From Dehalococcoidia bacterium (lineage in GTDB: Bacteria; Chloroflexota; Dehalococcoidia; Lucifugimonadales; UBA2985), in assembly GCA_965218945.1 (NCBI GenBank), contig OZ244718.1, forward strand, positions 753,522 through 817,521: a stretch of 64,000 nucleotides of DNA, given 5' to 3'. Below, in pieces: positions 1 to 10,054 of this stretch. The first letter of the stretch is position 1; every line of letters begins with the position of its first letter. The translations under genes were made by a program, and so were the position numbers. Below the pieces are notes generated by a model, which saw only the letters and a program-made list of their open reading frames with translations, was not told the DNA's origin and made no database searches.

Positions 1-990
1 CACGAAAGAGCCACGCTCGTTGAGGTGCGGGTCGTCGGACAGGCCAGCGCCGTCCAGGACAGGTCCGGCGGCTACCCCGGCCTGCTGAAGTGTGTGCATG
101 GCCTCGTAGTCCGTGCGCTGGAGTGTCCACTCTGTGATTAGCTTGCCCAACTCCTCCTGGTTGTGCCATCGGCTGAGGGAGTCGGAGAAGCGCGGGTCTT
201 CCGCCCACTCCGGGTGTCCCGTGGCCCGGCAGAGGGCCAGCCACTCCTGCTCGTTGGCGACCGTAACGGCTACCCACTTGTCGAACCCCTGGCAACGGTA
301 GACGTTGTGAGGCGCCATCGCCACGTCCAGATTCTCCTGGCGGCCCTGGTCTCTTCCGTTCACCGAATAGTCAAGGATGGCCTCTGGTATGGCGGAGATT
401 ACGGTCTCTGCCATGGACATCTGGATGTACTGCCCCTCCCCCGTCCTGCGGTGGTGTCTCACGGCGGACAGTATGGCGAAGATCATGTGCATCCCCGTGA
501 GGTGGTCCGCCCAGATGGCGCCCACCATTCCGGGACGCCCTTCCCTGTAGCCGGTGAGGTGCGAGAAGCCTGCGAAGTTGGACGCCTCGGCGAAGTAGCC
601 GATGGCGTCCTTCAGAGGCCCGGTGCGTCCCAGGGCCTGGCTGGAAAGCATGATGATGTCCGGCTTCACCTTGCACAGCTCATCGTAGTCCAGCCCAAAT
701 CGCTCCATGACGCCGGTTCCGAAGTTCTCCATAGCCACATGGCTCACCTTCACCAGACGCTTGGCTACGTCGGCTCCCCTGGGGTCTTTGAGGTTGATCG
801 TGATGCTCTTCTTGCTTCCGTTGAGGTTGGTGAAACCCCCTGCCATGCGCTGGTCTATAGCCGTGCGGCTCTCAGTCTCCACCTTTATGACCTCCGCTCC
901 CATCTGGCCCATGAGCATGGTGGCATAGGGCCCCTGCACCACCTGTGTGAAGTCGGCAATCCTGATTCCCTCCAACGGCAGTTTGCCCAT
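1..990 (-). CDS. Family III CoA-transferase (CaiB/BaiF type), C-terminus cut by window edge
   Basis: Not in the ORF track (no stop in window). The reverse strand from ATG 990-988, preceded by tAGGAGGatcgaca, reads MGKLPLEGIRIADFTQVVQGPYATMLMGQMGAEVIKVE... and is still open at nt 1 (...LSDDPHLNERGSFV). Same N-terminal signature as the neighbouring paralogs. Confidence 0.85.
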   Translation of the reverse strand, partial: MGKLPLEGIRIADFTQVVQGPYATMLMGQMGAEVIKVETESRTAIDQRMAGGFTNLNGSKKSITINLKDPRGADVAKRLVKVSHVAMENFGTGVMERFGLDYDELCKVKPDIIMLSSQALGRTGPLKDAIGYFAEASNFAGFSHLTGYREGRPGMVGAIWADHLTGMHMIFAILSAVRHHRRTGEGQYIQMSMAETVISAIPEAILDYSVNGRDQGRQENLDVAMAPHNVYRCQGFDKWVAVTVANEQEWLALCRATGHPEWAEDPRFSDSLSRWHNQEELGKLITEWTLQRTDYEAMHTLQQAGVAAGPVLDGAGLSDDPHLNERGSFV

Positions 991-1041
991 TGTCGATCCT
1001 CCTAGATTCCTTCTATGGCCGCGCTCGTCCCGTTCCACACG

Positions 1042-2271
1042 TTAGACGGCGCCAATCCGTCGCATTCTCGCCAGGTCTTCCATGGAGTAACCCAGCCGGC
1101 CGCAGATGATCTCAGCGTTGTGCTGCCCCAGCAAAGGCGCGGGAACTGAGGCGTTCCAGGGCGTTCCCGAGAACCTGTATGACGGCCCCGGAGACTTGAA
1201 CCGGCCGATTTCCGGGTGCTCCATGTCTACGAAGGTTTCACGCTCCACATAGTGTGGATGCGCGAACAGGTCTGCCATATCGTTTATGGGCAGGCATGGA
1301 ATGTGGTTCTCCACCTGGAGTATTTGGTAGACCTCGTCGCGGGTATAGTCCTTGGACCACTCCTCCACCAGAAGCAGAATGACGTCCAGGTTATCCATCC
1401 TGGACATCCTGTCTGCAAAGATCTCCTCTTCCATCCAGGCCGGGTGGCCCAGCACATTCTTCAGCGCCTCCCAGAAGTGGTCCATGAAGAATTGGGCCGT
1501 GAAGTACCCGTCCTTGGTTTGAAGGGGCTTCCTGGCGGCGATGGGACGTCCGACGCCGGCAATCCTGCTGGGGGTCTCCCCCCTATGCATGTGCGAGACC
1601 ACGGCGTTGCCGCTGGCCCGCAGCAGCGTCTCCTGCTCCGATACGTCGATGTGCTGACCCTCGCCGGTGAACTCCCTGGCGAACAGGGCCGTCATGGATG
1701 CAGACGCACCTGTCACGCCCGCCATTATGTCCGCCTGGTGGCCCGGCGCCTTCATGGGCGGGCTGGTGTCCGGGTTCTCCACGTCCCCGGGCGTAGGGTA
1801 TCCTATTCCGCCTATGTGGAAGGAGACAAGCTCTGTCGCCTTGTAGTCCCGGTACGGCCCGGTCTGGCCGAAAGGGGTGATGGACGTGACGATCAGCCCA
1901 GGGTTCACGTCCTTGATGGAGTTGTAGTCCAAGCCCAGCTCATCCATCATCTTTGGCGGATTGGCCTCCACAAGCACGTCGGCTTCCTTCAGCAGCTCTC
2001 TGAACACCCTCTTGCCCAGGGGCTTTGTGACGTCCAGGGTAATGCCCATCTTGCTGGTGTTCATGTATGCGAAGAGGAGGCTCCGCTCCGAGTGGGGTTC
2101 GTCGTTGGGGAAAGGGCCGTAGCGTCTCGCGGAGTCGCCGAGGCCCGGCGACTCTATCTTGATGACCTCTGCGCCCATGTCAGCCATGAGCTTGGCGCAG
2201 TATGGCGCGGCGATGAAATCGCCGAGCTCCACAACCTTCAGCCCGGAAAGCGCGCTATCTGCCATTTTCAA
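1042..2271 (-). CDS. Family III CoA-transferase (CaiB/BaiF type)
   Basis: 409-aa ORF. N-terminus LSGLKVVELGDFIAAPYCAKLMADMGAEVIKIESPGLGD and C-terminal LLGQHNAEI are typical of the family. Confidence 0.85.
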   Translation of the reverse strand: MKMADSALSGLKVVELGDFIAAPYCAKLMADMGAEVIKIESPGLGDSARRYGPFPNDEPHSERSLLFAYMNTSKMGITLDVTKPLGKRVFRELLKEADVLVEANPPKMMDELGLDYNSIKDVNPGLIVTSITPFGQTGPYRDYKATELVSFHIGGIGYPTPGDVENPDTSPPMKAPGHQADIMAGVTGASASMTALFAREFTGEGQHIDVSEQETLLRASGNAVVSHMHRGETPSRIAGVGRPIAARKPLQTKDGYFTAQFFMDHFWEALKNVLGHPAWMEEEIFADRMSRMDNLDVILLLVEEWSKDYTRDEVYQILQVENHIPCLPINDMADLFAHPHYVERETFVDMEHPEIGRFKSPGPSYRFSGTPWNASVPAPLLGQHNAEIICGRLGYSMEDLARMRRIGAV

Positions 2272-2329
2272 CCCCCCTTTTTTAGAAACAGTCGGATTGA
2301 ATTTCCCGGGTATATATCGGACAGGGCGT

Positions 2330-3493
2330 CTACGGAGGCGAATACCCCTCGGCCACCAGCTGCTTCAACGCAGCGGCCACCTGGGTCACTTCCTGCTCCG
2401 TGTTGAAGAAGTGGGTGCTGAAGCGGATGCCGTCCGGGTTGTGCACCGTCCGCCCCACTATGCTGAATCTCTCCTGGAGGACAGCCACCAGGTCCGCGGG
2501 CGGCCAGCCGTCCAGGCCCACGGTCACCAGCCCGCACGCCGACTCGCGGGACATGGGGCTGAGAAGCGTGCAGCCGTCGATGGAGGAGGCCTCTCCCCGG
2601 AGGAGGTCGGCGATGAGCATGGCCCGCTCCTCGATAGCGCTTATGCCGATTTCAGTGGCGATCCGCGCGCTCTCCGAGAGGCCGGCGATGAGGCCTGGGT
2701 TCTGCGTTACGAGGTTGAATCGAGCCAGGGGAGAGCGCTCCGTGGCGCGCGCCGCCTCCAGCGCGTTGGTGGAAAACAGAGGCTCAATCTCGCCCCGGCG
2801 AGCGGGGTTGACGTAGAGCGCGCCCGTTCCATTCGGGCCCAGAAGCCACTTCTGTCCGGGTAGAGCGTAGTAGTCGCACTCCAAGTCGCCAAGGTCAACC
2901 TCAATGTGCCCGATGCTCTGAGCGCCGTCCACCAGCAACGGTACGCCCCTCTCGCGGGCGGCCTGGGCTATCTCCTTGATGGGCATTCGCAGCCCGCAAG
3001 TGTACTGTATGTGGCTGAGAGCTACCATCTTGGTGTTTGGGGTGATCGACGACGTTATGGCTTCGAGCGCCTCACCCTGACCGGCTGTATAGGAGATTTC
3101 GGGGCTTCTTACGATGACTCCCTTTCGTTGGGCCAGCACGTCCCCGGGCGAGGTCAGAGCGGGATGCTCCAGGCCGCATATCAGCAGCTCGTCCCCCGGC
3201 TGCCAGTCCATGCCGTATACGACCACGTCCAGGCCCTCCCTGGTGCTGTGGGTTAGGAGCAGGTCTTCGGCTTCGACGTTCAGCAGGTTGCCGAGGGACG
3301 CGCGGGCCTCGTCCTGCAAACCTCGGGTTATAGCTAGCCCTTTGGCGCTCGCGGGCCCGCCTCTGGACTCCTGTTCCAGCGTCTCGCGAATACGGTTAAG
3401 AACACGGTCGGGCATAGGCCCCGACCATCCCGTGTTCATATAGACCATGTCCTGAGTGACCGGCAGTGAGTCCCTTAGCTGTTCTACGTTCAT
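2330..3493 (-). CDS. Class V PLP-dependent aminotransferase / cysteine desulfurase-like
   Basis: 387-aa ORF with the class V fold-type layout (ALSHIQYTCGLRMPIKEI, LLVDGAQSIGHIEVD, YYALPGQKWLLGPNGTGALY). Confidence 0.75.
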   Translation of the reverse strand: MNVEQLRDSLPVTQDMVYMNTGWSGPMPDRVLNRIRETLEQESRGGPASAKGLAITRGLQDEARASLGNLLNVEAEDLLLTHSTREGLDVVVYGMDWQPGDELLICGLEHPALTSPGDVLAQRKGVIVRSPEISYTAGQGEALEAITSSITPNTKMVALSHIQYTCGLRMPIKEIAQAARERGVPLLVDGAQSIGHIEVDLGDLECDYYALPGQKWLLGPNGTGALYVNPARRGEIEPLFSTNALEAARATERSPLARFNLVTQNPGLIAGLSESARIATEIGISAIEERAMLIADLLRGEASSIDGCTLLSPMSRESACGLVTVGLDGWPPADLVAVLQERFSIVGRTVHNPDGIRFSTHFFNTEQEVTQVAAALKQLVAEGYSPP

Positions 3494-3676
3494 AGCATCC
3501 TATCCAATCAATAACAAGATTTGTTGAGAATATTGGGCGGGTGAGTCCATATTACCACGGAGTCACCCGCTAGACCACAGTCCAATCGGCTTGTCCTTCT
3601 TGTATCTCCGGCGTTCTAGCGAGTAGAATTCCATTGGCAACCCGGCACAATATCAGCCGTGGCAGGTGTTTGAGGC

Positions 3677-4465
3677 ATGGCTTTTCGTACCAGAGTGACA
3701 ATGCGGAGCGAGAAAGGCCCAGTCAGGCAGAACAACGAGGACTGCCTGGGTGTCCTGGAGGCGCCCTCCGTTCGGCCCGGCATAGACGCCATATACATTG
3801 TCGCCGACGGGCTTGGGGGCCACGAGCGCGGCGAGGATGCCAGCGCTATGGCCGTAGACCTGCTCCTCAAGGAGTACGGCGCTCAAGAGGCCGCGGAAGA
3901 GCCTGCGTCCGGGGACACCCTTGAGTCGTCACTGGCCCGGACGCTTTGCGACATCAGCCAGGCCGTCTACGAGGCCGGTCTCTCCGGGGAGTCGATGCAC
4001 CGGGACCCTCAGAGAGCCGGGATGGCCACCACCGCGACGGTCGCCTTGCTGTCGGGCGGCAGAGTGCGCCTGGGCCACGTGGGAGACAGCCGGGCGTACC
4101 TGCTCCGGGGAGGACAGCTAACCCAGCTGACTGAAGACCACACCCTTGCGGCACAGCAGGCACGCGCAGGCGTCAGGATACCGGAGGAGGCAAGGGCCTA
4201 TATGAGCAATGCCCTCACCCAGGCCGTGGGTCTGGAACAGCCCATTGTCCCATTTACGGACTCCTTTGCAGTGGAGGAAGGTGACCGCCTCCTGCTGTGC
4301 TCCGACGGTCTCCACGGCTTTTTGGACGACGAGACCATCGCCGCGACCATCCTGGAAGGGGGCGACGGAGCGGTGGACGCCCTTGTCGACCGGGCAATAG
4401 CCGAGGGCAGCACCGACAATATTACCATCATCCTCGTCTCCTTCGAGCGGTTGGACGAGCCTTAG
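3677..4465 (+). CDS. PP2C-family Ser/Thr protein phosphatase
   Basis: 262-aa ORF with PP2C motifs: NEDC, VADGLGGHERGEDAS, GDSRAYL, LLLCSDGL, STDNITIILV. Confidence 0.85.
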   Translation: MAFRTRVTMRSEKGPVRQNNEDCLGVLEAPSVRPGIDAIYIVADGLGGHERGEDASAMAVDLLLKEYGAQEAAEEPASGDTLESSLARTLCDISQAVYEAGLSGESMHRDPQRAGMATTATVALLSGGRVRLGHVGDSRAYLLRGGQLTQLTEDHTLAAQQARAGVRIPEEARAYMSNALTQAVGLEQPIVPFTDSFAVEEGDRLLLCSDGLHGFLDDETIAATILEGGDGAVDALVDRAIAEGSTDNITIILVSFERLDEP

Positions 4466-4479
4466 CCAATCCCACGTAA

Positions 4480-5322
4480 ATGGTAGACCACGCCTTTCAA
4501 TACACCCCAGGTGAGGGAGCGCCGCTTCCTGAGGCTATCGGGCGGTTCCGGGTTTTGGGCAAGGCGGGAGACTCACAGGCGTCCGTCTTCAGGGCCATTG
4601 ACCCCGTCTCCGGCATGGACGTTGCACTGAAGGCGCTGGGAAACCGATACGACTCCTATGCGCACTCCCTGTTTGCAGCCCTCATTGGAGACGTGGATAT
4701 GGAGGAGATACGCCGGGAGGCGGAGCTGCTGGCGGGACTCCGGCATCCAAACATCGTGTCTGTCATCGATGTTGGAGAGGACGCGTCGTTGGGGCCATAC
4801 CTCGTCATGGAGTGGGTCCCCGGGGGAGATCTCAGGACACGCCTGAACGGGGCAGATAATGGACAACTGCCCATACAAGAAGCCCTGCGAATAGCCCGCG
4901 ATGTCCTGGCCGGGCTGACGGCTGCCCACGAAGCCGGCGTTGTCCACAGGGACGTCAAGCCGGACAACATCCTGCTGAGCAATGACGGCACGGCCAAGCT
5001 GGCCGACTTCGGGATAGCCGGAGCCGGAGCTATAGCGGCGTTCCAGCCGGGGCGCGGCACCCGGGGGTATATGGCGCCCGAGCAGGAGGACGACATGCAA
5101 AGCGACTCCGTGGGCCCCGCCGTGGACATATTTGCTGTGGGAGTAGTCCTGTTCGAGATGCTGGTCGGCAGGCTGCCGACCGAGGGCGAGGACATACGGT
5201 TGGCGCGGCCAGAAGCAGGTGAGGCCATTGCAGCCGTCGTTGCCCGCGCCACCCAACCTGACCCAACTAGCCGGTTTCCCTCCGCTACGGAAATGGCTGC
5301 CGCACTTTCTGACGCGGGCTAG
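4480..5322 (+). CDS. Ser/Thr protein kinase, catalytic domain only
   Basis: 280-aa ORF with Hanks kinase motifs VALK, HRDVKPDNILL, DFG and APE. No extra sensor or TM domain. Lies 15 nt downstream of the PP2C gene. Confidence 0.85.
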   Translation: MVDHAFQYTPGEGAPLPEAIGRFRVLGKAGDSQASVFRAIDPVSGMDVALKALGNRYDSYAHSLFAALIGDVDMEEIRREAELLAGLRHPNIVSVIDVGEDASLGPYLVMEWVPGGDLRTRLNGADNGQLPIQEALRIARDVLAGLTAAHEAGVVHRDVKPDNILLSNDGTAKLADFGIAGAGAIAAFQPGRGTRGYMAPEQEDDMQSDSVGPAVDIFAVGVVLFEMLVGRLPTEGEDIRLARPEAGEAIAAVVARATQPDPTSRFPSATEMAAALSDAG

Positions 5323-5373
5323 CTCCTAGCGGCGCTTCACACCGGCTGGGGTAGGCACGGCGTGCCAATGTCC

Positions 5374-5652
5374 CTATGGGGCGTGCGCTGGAGCAGAGAG
5401 CGGCACGTACGTCACCATTTCTCCGGATTCCAGTTCAACGTCCTCTATGGCGCTGGGTTGGGGAATGGACTCGCCATTTTCTTCCATCAACTTAACAAAG
5501 TCGGCGAGCGCGACCTCGGCAGCGGCCAGAGCCTCATCTACGGTTGCGCCCATAGCGCAACAGGCCCCAGGTATGTCAACTATCACTATGCCGTAAGCGC
5601 CTCTATCCCCGTCTATGACTGCGGGGTATCGTACAATGGATGTGGTTGGCAT
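5374..5652 (-). CDS. HicB-like (UPF0150) antitoxin-fold protein, no HicA partner seen
   Basis: 92-aa ORF. YPAVIDGDRGAYGIVIVDIPGACCAMGATVDEALAAAEVALADFVKLMEENGESIPQPS matches the HicB N-terminal domain pattern. Lacks a C-terminal DNA-binding domain. Starts 8 nt after the lhr stop. Confidence 0.6.
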   Translation of the reverse strand: MPTTSIVRYPAVIDGDRGAYGIVIVDIPGACCAMGATVDEALAAAEVALADFVKLMEENGESIPQPSAIEDVELESGEMVTYVPLSAPAHAP

Positions 5653-5659
5653 AGTGGTG

Positions 5660-8600
5660 TCACACCCACGCCAGGTCAGCCGACTCTATGTATGGGGCGT
5701 TCTGGAGCAGTGAGCGGGCTCTAGCCAGGCCGGGGTCTCCTTCCTTGGCTCTCACCACCAGCTTGCCGCTCTCCAGGGAGCATACGGGAACGCCGTCCCT
5801 GAAGACCACGCGGTTCCCCGGAACGGCGGGCGCCCTATCGCCCGGCGTCAGGATGCCAACCACGTTCAGCGGGTCGCACGCCGAGACCGTCACCAGCTGC
5901 CCACTGGGCTCGATGCCCCTGACGGTGCGCAGCATCTCCACCGCCTCCGGCAGGGCGAACTGTTCGCCCATGAAGCCGGAGACAAAGAGACCGCCGCGAA
6001 TCTCACCGCGCGCCTCCAGCCTTCTCAGGACCTGTATGAGTTCCCTCCACCGGGGGGCCATTGGCTCCCGGGCCAGCAAGTCCGGGAACAGGACACCGTA
6101 CCGACGTAGCAGTTGCCGCGCCTTGGCCTCTACGGTGTCCGTCACCGGATTGGGCGGCTCCAGCACAGACCAGCGGCTGAACCCGTCTCGTCTTTGGGAT
6201 CTGGCTGATCTGGCGCGTGATGGTCGGCGTCCCTGGTCGGCGTTCCCTCTGATGCGCTGTCTGAGGGTTGCCATGCCGTCGGAAGTCACCAAGCCGGCGG
6301 CCGCCAGCAGCCACAGCGCCTCTTCTACGTCGGAAGGCAGGCGTCCGGTGGCGGCCTGGAGCTCGGACGGGAAGGACGCGCCGCGTCTTTGTAGGAACTC
6401 CAGCACCTCCTCAGCGCCGCCGGTTACGTCGTCGTCGGCATCAACGCGTTCGTCCAGCAGCCAGTCCAGGGACTCCCGGAGGGCGAGGGTTATGGGAGTG
6501 GCCCTGGATAGGGGGGAGCGGGTTGGGGAAGCGTGGCCGTTGTCACCGTGGCGGGTGAGGCGCCCCCAAATCACCTCGCCCCCAAAGCACAGCCCGTCCA
6601 GCATTGAAGGAGCGTAGTCTGAGATGCGTGAGGGCAGGATGTCCGACTCCCAGACCTGGGCCGCCGCCTCAAAGCCCTGGAGTTTCTCAATAACATCCTC
6701 CACCCCTCCCTCTCCCTGGAGCTGCCGGCCGGGTTCGACGCACTGCCATCGGAGCAGGAACCTAACGAAGTCGGCGGGCGTTACGGGCCTAATCTCCCGG
6801 CGGAGCCGGCCAATGGTTGCACGGTGTATCCGGGCCAGAATCCGGCGGTCGCAGAACTCCTCGCCGAGGGGTCCCGAGCGGAACTGCCCTCGGAGTATTA
6901 CGCCCTCGTTCTCAAACCGCGCGAGGGCTATCTTCACGTCGGAGTCTGACAGGCCCAGCGTCTCGCGCATCTCCTCGGCGGTGAAGGGGCCGGAGCACTC
7001 TACCCAGCCTCGCAGCAGCTTGTACACGGCCTCATCCCTGTCCATCTCATCCGGGTGGGCCAGGCCGTTTTGGGGCGGAGGCTCCAGCCTGGAATCTGGA
7101 TGTATAGTGAGGGCCAGGTGGACACTTTCGGTGGCGACCCACGCCGTCTCTCCGCTTCCGTGGTGAAGGCGGAAGGCCCGTCCGGCCCGGACCAGCTCTC
7201 GGAACCAGCCGTCCAGCAGCCCTGTGCCGTCGCCTACTCCGGGCATTCGGTCCTTTGTGAGGCGCGCTCCCAGAGGGAGAGCGACCAGGTGCATCAGGGC
7301 GTCGTGCAGCTCGTCGGCGTCGCGTATGGTGGGCCAGGCGCGGTTCGATTCTTCATGTACAGCTTCGGGGTCCAGTCTGCCCAGGTCCCTGGTGTCGTCA
7401 GGCAGGGCGCGCCGCAGTGGGACGGCCCTGGACCGGCGCTCCTCCAGGGGCGCGTCGTCCAGGAAGGCGTATGGCATGGTGTTGAGCAGCTGGTGAGAGA
7501 ACACCGACGGCTGCACCGTGTCCCGGGCGTACACCTCAATCTCGCCACTCTCGATGCTTGTCAGCACTTCCTTGAGTCCCGCAGCGTCCATTGCCTCCGT
7601 GAGGCAGTCGCGGATGGTCTCGAAGACCAGGGGATGGTCCGGCGGCTCGATGTCGCCCGGCGGCGCGTTATCCTGACATGCCACCTGGGCCGGGAAGACG
7701 GCGGCCAGCAGGTCTTCGGATCTCATCCGCAGCAGGGGAAGCGGCACCTTTCGACCGCCGGTGTGACGCAGCACGGCCAGCGACCGGGCGGCGTCCCATC
7801 GCCATCGCACCCCGAAGAGTGGCGCTTGGAAGACGGCCTGCATCACCACGTCCTCCGCGTTGCGGGGGGAGATGTAGCTGAACACGTCCTCCAGCGGGAA
7901 TGACATGGAGGGACCCAGTGAGAAGTTGAGGCCGTCGTCCGTGGCTGCGGCCTGAAGCTCGAAGTCGAAGGTGCGGCAGATCTGCTTCCGCAGAGCCATG
8001 CCCCAGGCTTTGTTGATCTGAGCGCCGAAGGGGGCGTGAACGACCAGCTGCATCCCGCCGCTGTCGTCGAAGAACCGCTCAGCGACCACCCTGCGCTTTG
8101 TGGGAACCATGCCGAGCACGCGTTTGCCCTCTATGAAGTACGCCACCAGCTGACGGGCGGCTTCAGCCGACACGCCGGTCTCCTGCGCAACCCACCTCTC
8201 GGCTTCCGCGGGGTTGTCCAGGCGTTCGTCTATGGCCTCCCGAAGCTCGGACACCTCCTCCGAAAGCTCCCTGGTCCTACCGGGGGCTTCTCCAAGCCAG
8301 AAAGGGATGCTGGGAGCCTGGCCCTCAGCGTCTACGACGCGGACGCGACCGCTCTCGATGCGCCTGATCTTCCACGGCGTGTTGCCCAGAAGGAACACGT
8401 CTCCGGCCATGCTTTCGATGGCGAAATCCTCGTTGACGGTGCCAACGAAGGTCTCCTCCGGGTCGGCAATGACGTCGTAGTCTCCCGTGTCCGGTATGGC
8501 GCCGCCGCTGGTCATGGCGGCTATCCCGGCTCCACGTCGACCCTTGAGCCGGCGGTTTACTCCGTCCCGATGCAGAAGAGCGCCGTTGCGTCCCAGCCTG

Positions 8601-9991
8601 GGAGCGAACCCCTCCGAGAGCATCTCCACCACACGGTCGTACTCTGATTTGGGCAGGTCCCGGTAGGGGTAGGCGCGGCGGCAGAGGTCGAGGAGTTCAT
8701 CTTCGTCCCACTCCTCCGCGGCGCAGGCGGCCGCGATCTGCTGAGCCAGGATGTCCAGAGGCCAGGGAGGTATGACCAGGGAGTCCAGGTTGCTGTTGCG
8801 TAAGGCTCGCATCAGGGCGGCGCACTCCACAAGCTCGTCGCGGGTCAGGGGAAAGAGACGACCCTTGGGGGTGCCCAGCAGAGAGTGACCCGATCGCCCA
8901 ACGCGCTGGAGCATCACGGCGATGGAGCGGGAAGACCCTATCTGGCAGACGAGGTCGACCACGCCGATGTCTATTCCCAGCTCCAGCGAGGCCGTTGCCA
9001 CGCATACCTTGACCTCGCCATGCTTCAGCTTCTCCTCGGCTGCCAGCCTTGTGGTGCGGGAGAGGCTTCCGTGGTGGGCCACCACAGCCTCATCCCCAAG
9101 CCTCTGTGACAGCTGGTGGGCGATTCGCTCCACCATCCGGCGGGTGTTGACGAAGACCAGGGTCGTGCCGTGGGAACGCACCAGGTCGGCAATGTCGTCC
9201 AGGGTCTCGGCCCACTGCTCGTGGGAGGCAATGGGGCCAAGCTCCCTGGGGGGCAGCTCTATCGCCAGGTCCAGGTTGCGAGCGTGGCCCGAGTCCACAA
9301 CCAGGCAGTCGGGAGTGCCGTCCTCGGAGAGGTTGTCGTTGCCCACCAGGAGGCGGGCCATCTCCTCAATGGGCTTCTGTGTGGCCGACAGTCCAATACG
9401 GGTAACGGGTCCCTCAGCCAGCGCGCACAGTCGCTCCACGGACAGGGCGAGGTGAGAGCCGCGCTTGTCGTCGGCGACGGCGTGTATCTCGTCCAGTATC
9501 AGTGTCCTGACTCCCGCCAAAGCTCTGCGCCCGCTCTGAGATGTCAGCAGGATGTACAGCGACTCCGGGGTGGTTATCAGGATGTGGGGCGGCTTCTTTG
9601 CCATGCGCTGCCGTTCGGATGCCTTGGTGTCTCCGGTGCGGACGGCAGTGCGTATATCCGGCAGGAAGCTCCCCGACTCCTCGGCCAGAGCCTGTATCTC
9701 CTCCAGAGGCGCGGCCAGGTTCTTTTGAATGTCGTTGGAGAGGGCCTTTAACGGAGACACGTACACCACCTGGGTGGTGTCGGGCAGACTCCCCTCCATG
9801 CCCGCGCGCACCAGCCCATCGATGCAGGTCAGGAAGGCGGCCAGCGTCTTGCCGGACCCTGTGGGCGCGGCAATGAGGGTGTGACGACCCTCGGATATGG
9901 CCGTCCAACCCTTGGCCTGGGCCTCCGTCGGGGCCTCAAACCTGCCGTTAAACCATTCCCTGATGATGGGGTGAAACAGAGATAGCGACAT
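5660..9991 (-). CDS. lhr: Large ATP-dependent DEAD/DEAH-box helicase Lhr
   Basis: 1443-aa ORF. N-terminus FHPIIREWFNGRFEAPTEAQAKGWTAISEGRHTLIAAPTGSGKTLAAF, the LDEIH box and the long C-terminal extension are characteristic of Lhr. Confidence 0.9.
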   Translation of the reverse strand: MSLSLFHPIIREWFNGRFEAPTEAQAKGWTAISEGRHTLIAAPTGSGKTLAAFLTCIDGLVRAGMEGSLPDTTQVVYVSPLKALSNDIQKNLAAPLEEIQALAEESGSFLPDIRTAVRTGDTKASERQRMAKKPPHILITTPESLYILLTSQSGRRALAGVRTLILDEIHAVADDKRGSHLALSVERLCALAEGPVTRIGLSATQKPIEEMARLLVGNDNLSEDGTPDCLVVDSGHARNLDLAIELPPRELGPIASHEQWAETLDDIADLVRSHGTTLVFVNTRRMVERIAHQLSQRLGDEAVVAHHGSLSRTTRLAAEEKLKHGEVKVCVATASLELGIDIGVVDLVCQIGSSRSIAVMLQRVGRSGHSLLGTPKGRLFPLTRDELVECAALMRALRNSNLDSLVIPPWPLDILAQQIAAACAAEEWDEDELLDLCRRAYPYRDLPKSEYDRVVEMLSEGFAPRLGRNGALLHRDGVNRRLKGRRGAGIAAMTSGGAIPDTGDYDVIADPEETFVGTVNEDFAIESMAGDVFLLGNTPWKIRRIESGRVRVVDAEGQAPSIPFWLGEAPGRTRELSEEVSELREAIDERLDNPAEAERWVAQETGVSAEAARQLVAYFIEGKRVLGMVPTKRRVVAERFFDDSGGMQLVVHAPFGAQINKAWGMALRKQICRTFDFELQAAATDDGLNFSLGPSMSFPLEDVFSYISPRNAEDVVMQAVFQAPLFGVRWRWDAARSLAVLRHTGGRKVPLPLLRMRSEDLLAAVFPAQVACQDNAPPGDIEPPDHPLVFETIRDCLTEAMDAAGLKEVLTSIESGEIEVYARDTVQPSVFSHQLLNTMPYAFLDDAPLEERRSRAVPLRRALPDDTRDLGRLDPEAVHEESNRAWPTIRDADELHDALMHLVALPLGARLTKDRMPGVGDGTGLLDGWFRELVRAGRAFRLHHGSGETAWVATESVHLALTIHPDSRLEPPPQNGLAHPDEMDRDEAVYKLLRGWVECSGPFTAEEMRETLGLSDSDVKIALARFENEGVILRGQFRSGPLGEEFCDRRILARIHRATIGRLRREIRPVTPADFVRFLLRWQCVEPGRQLQGEGGVEDVIEKLQGFEAAAQVWESDILPSRISDYAPSMLDGLCFGGEVIWGRLTRHGDNGHASPTRSPLSRATPITLALRESLDWLLDERVDADDDVTGGAEEVLEFLQRRGASFPSELQAATGRLPSDVEEALWLLAAAGLVTSDGMATLRQRIRGNADQGRRPSRARSARSQRRDGFSRWSVLEPPNPVTDTVEAKARQLLRRYGVLFPDLLAREPMAPRWRELIQVLRRLEARGEIRGGLFVSGFMGEQFALPEAVEMLRTVRGIEPSGQLVTVSACDPLNVVGILTPGDRAPAVPGNRVVFRDGVPVCSLESGKLVVRAKEGDPGLARARSLLQNAPYIESADLAWV

Positions 9992-10054
9992 GGGCGCATT
10001 TTAGCATAAAAGTTCGTGCCGGGGGACGATTTCCTTGAAATCAGCCCCTGTGTC

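Noticed and set aside
163-2406. Long plus-strand ORFs (163-1005, 280 aa; 1216-2406, 396 aa) opposite the CoA-transferase genes
   Set aside because: Their translations are Arg/Gly/His/Pro-rich with no motifs. The opposite strand encodes clean CoA-transferase III sequences with RBSs. These are typical high-GC antisense shadow ORFs.
3539-3568. Hairpin gggtgagtcc-N10-ggagtcaccc in the divergent aminotransferase/PP2C promoter region as a riboswitch or terminator
   Set aside because: It is a short imperfect stem (one mismatch) with no U-tract and no resemblance to a riboswitch class I know. It may be an operator, but the evidence is too thin to call.
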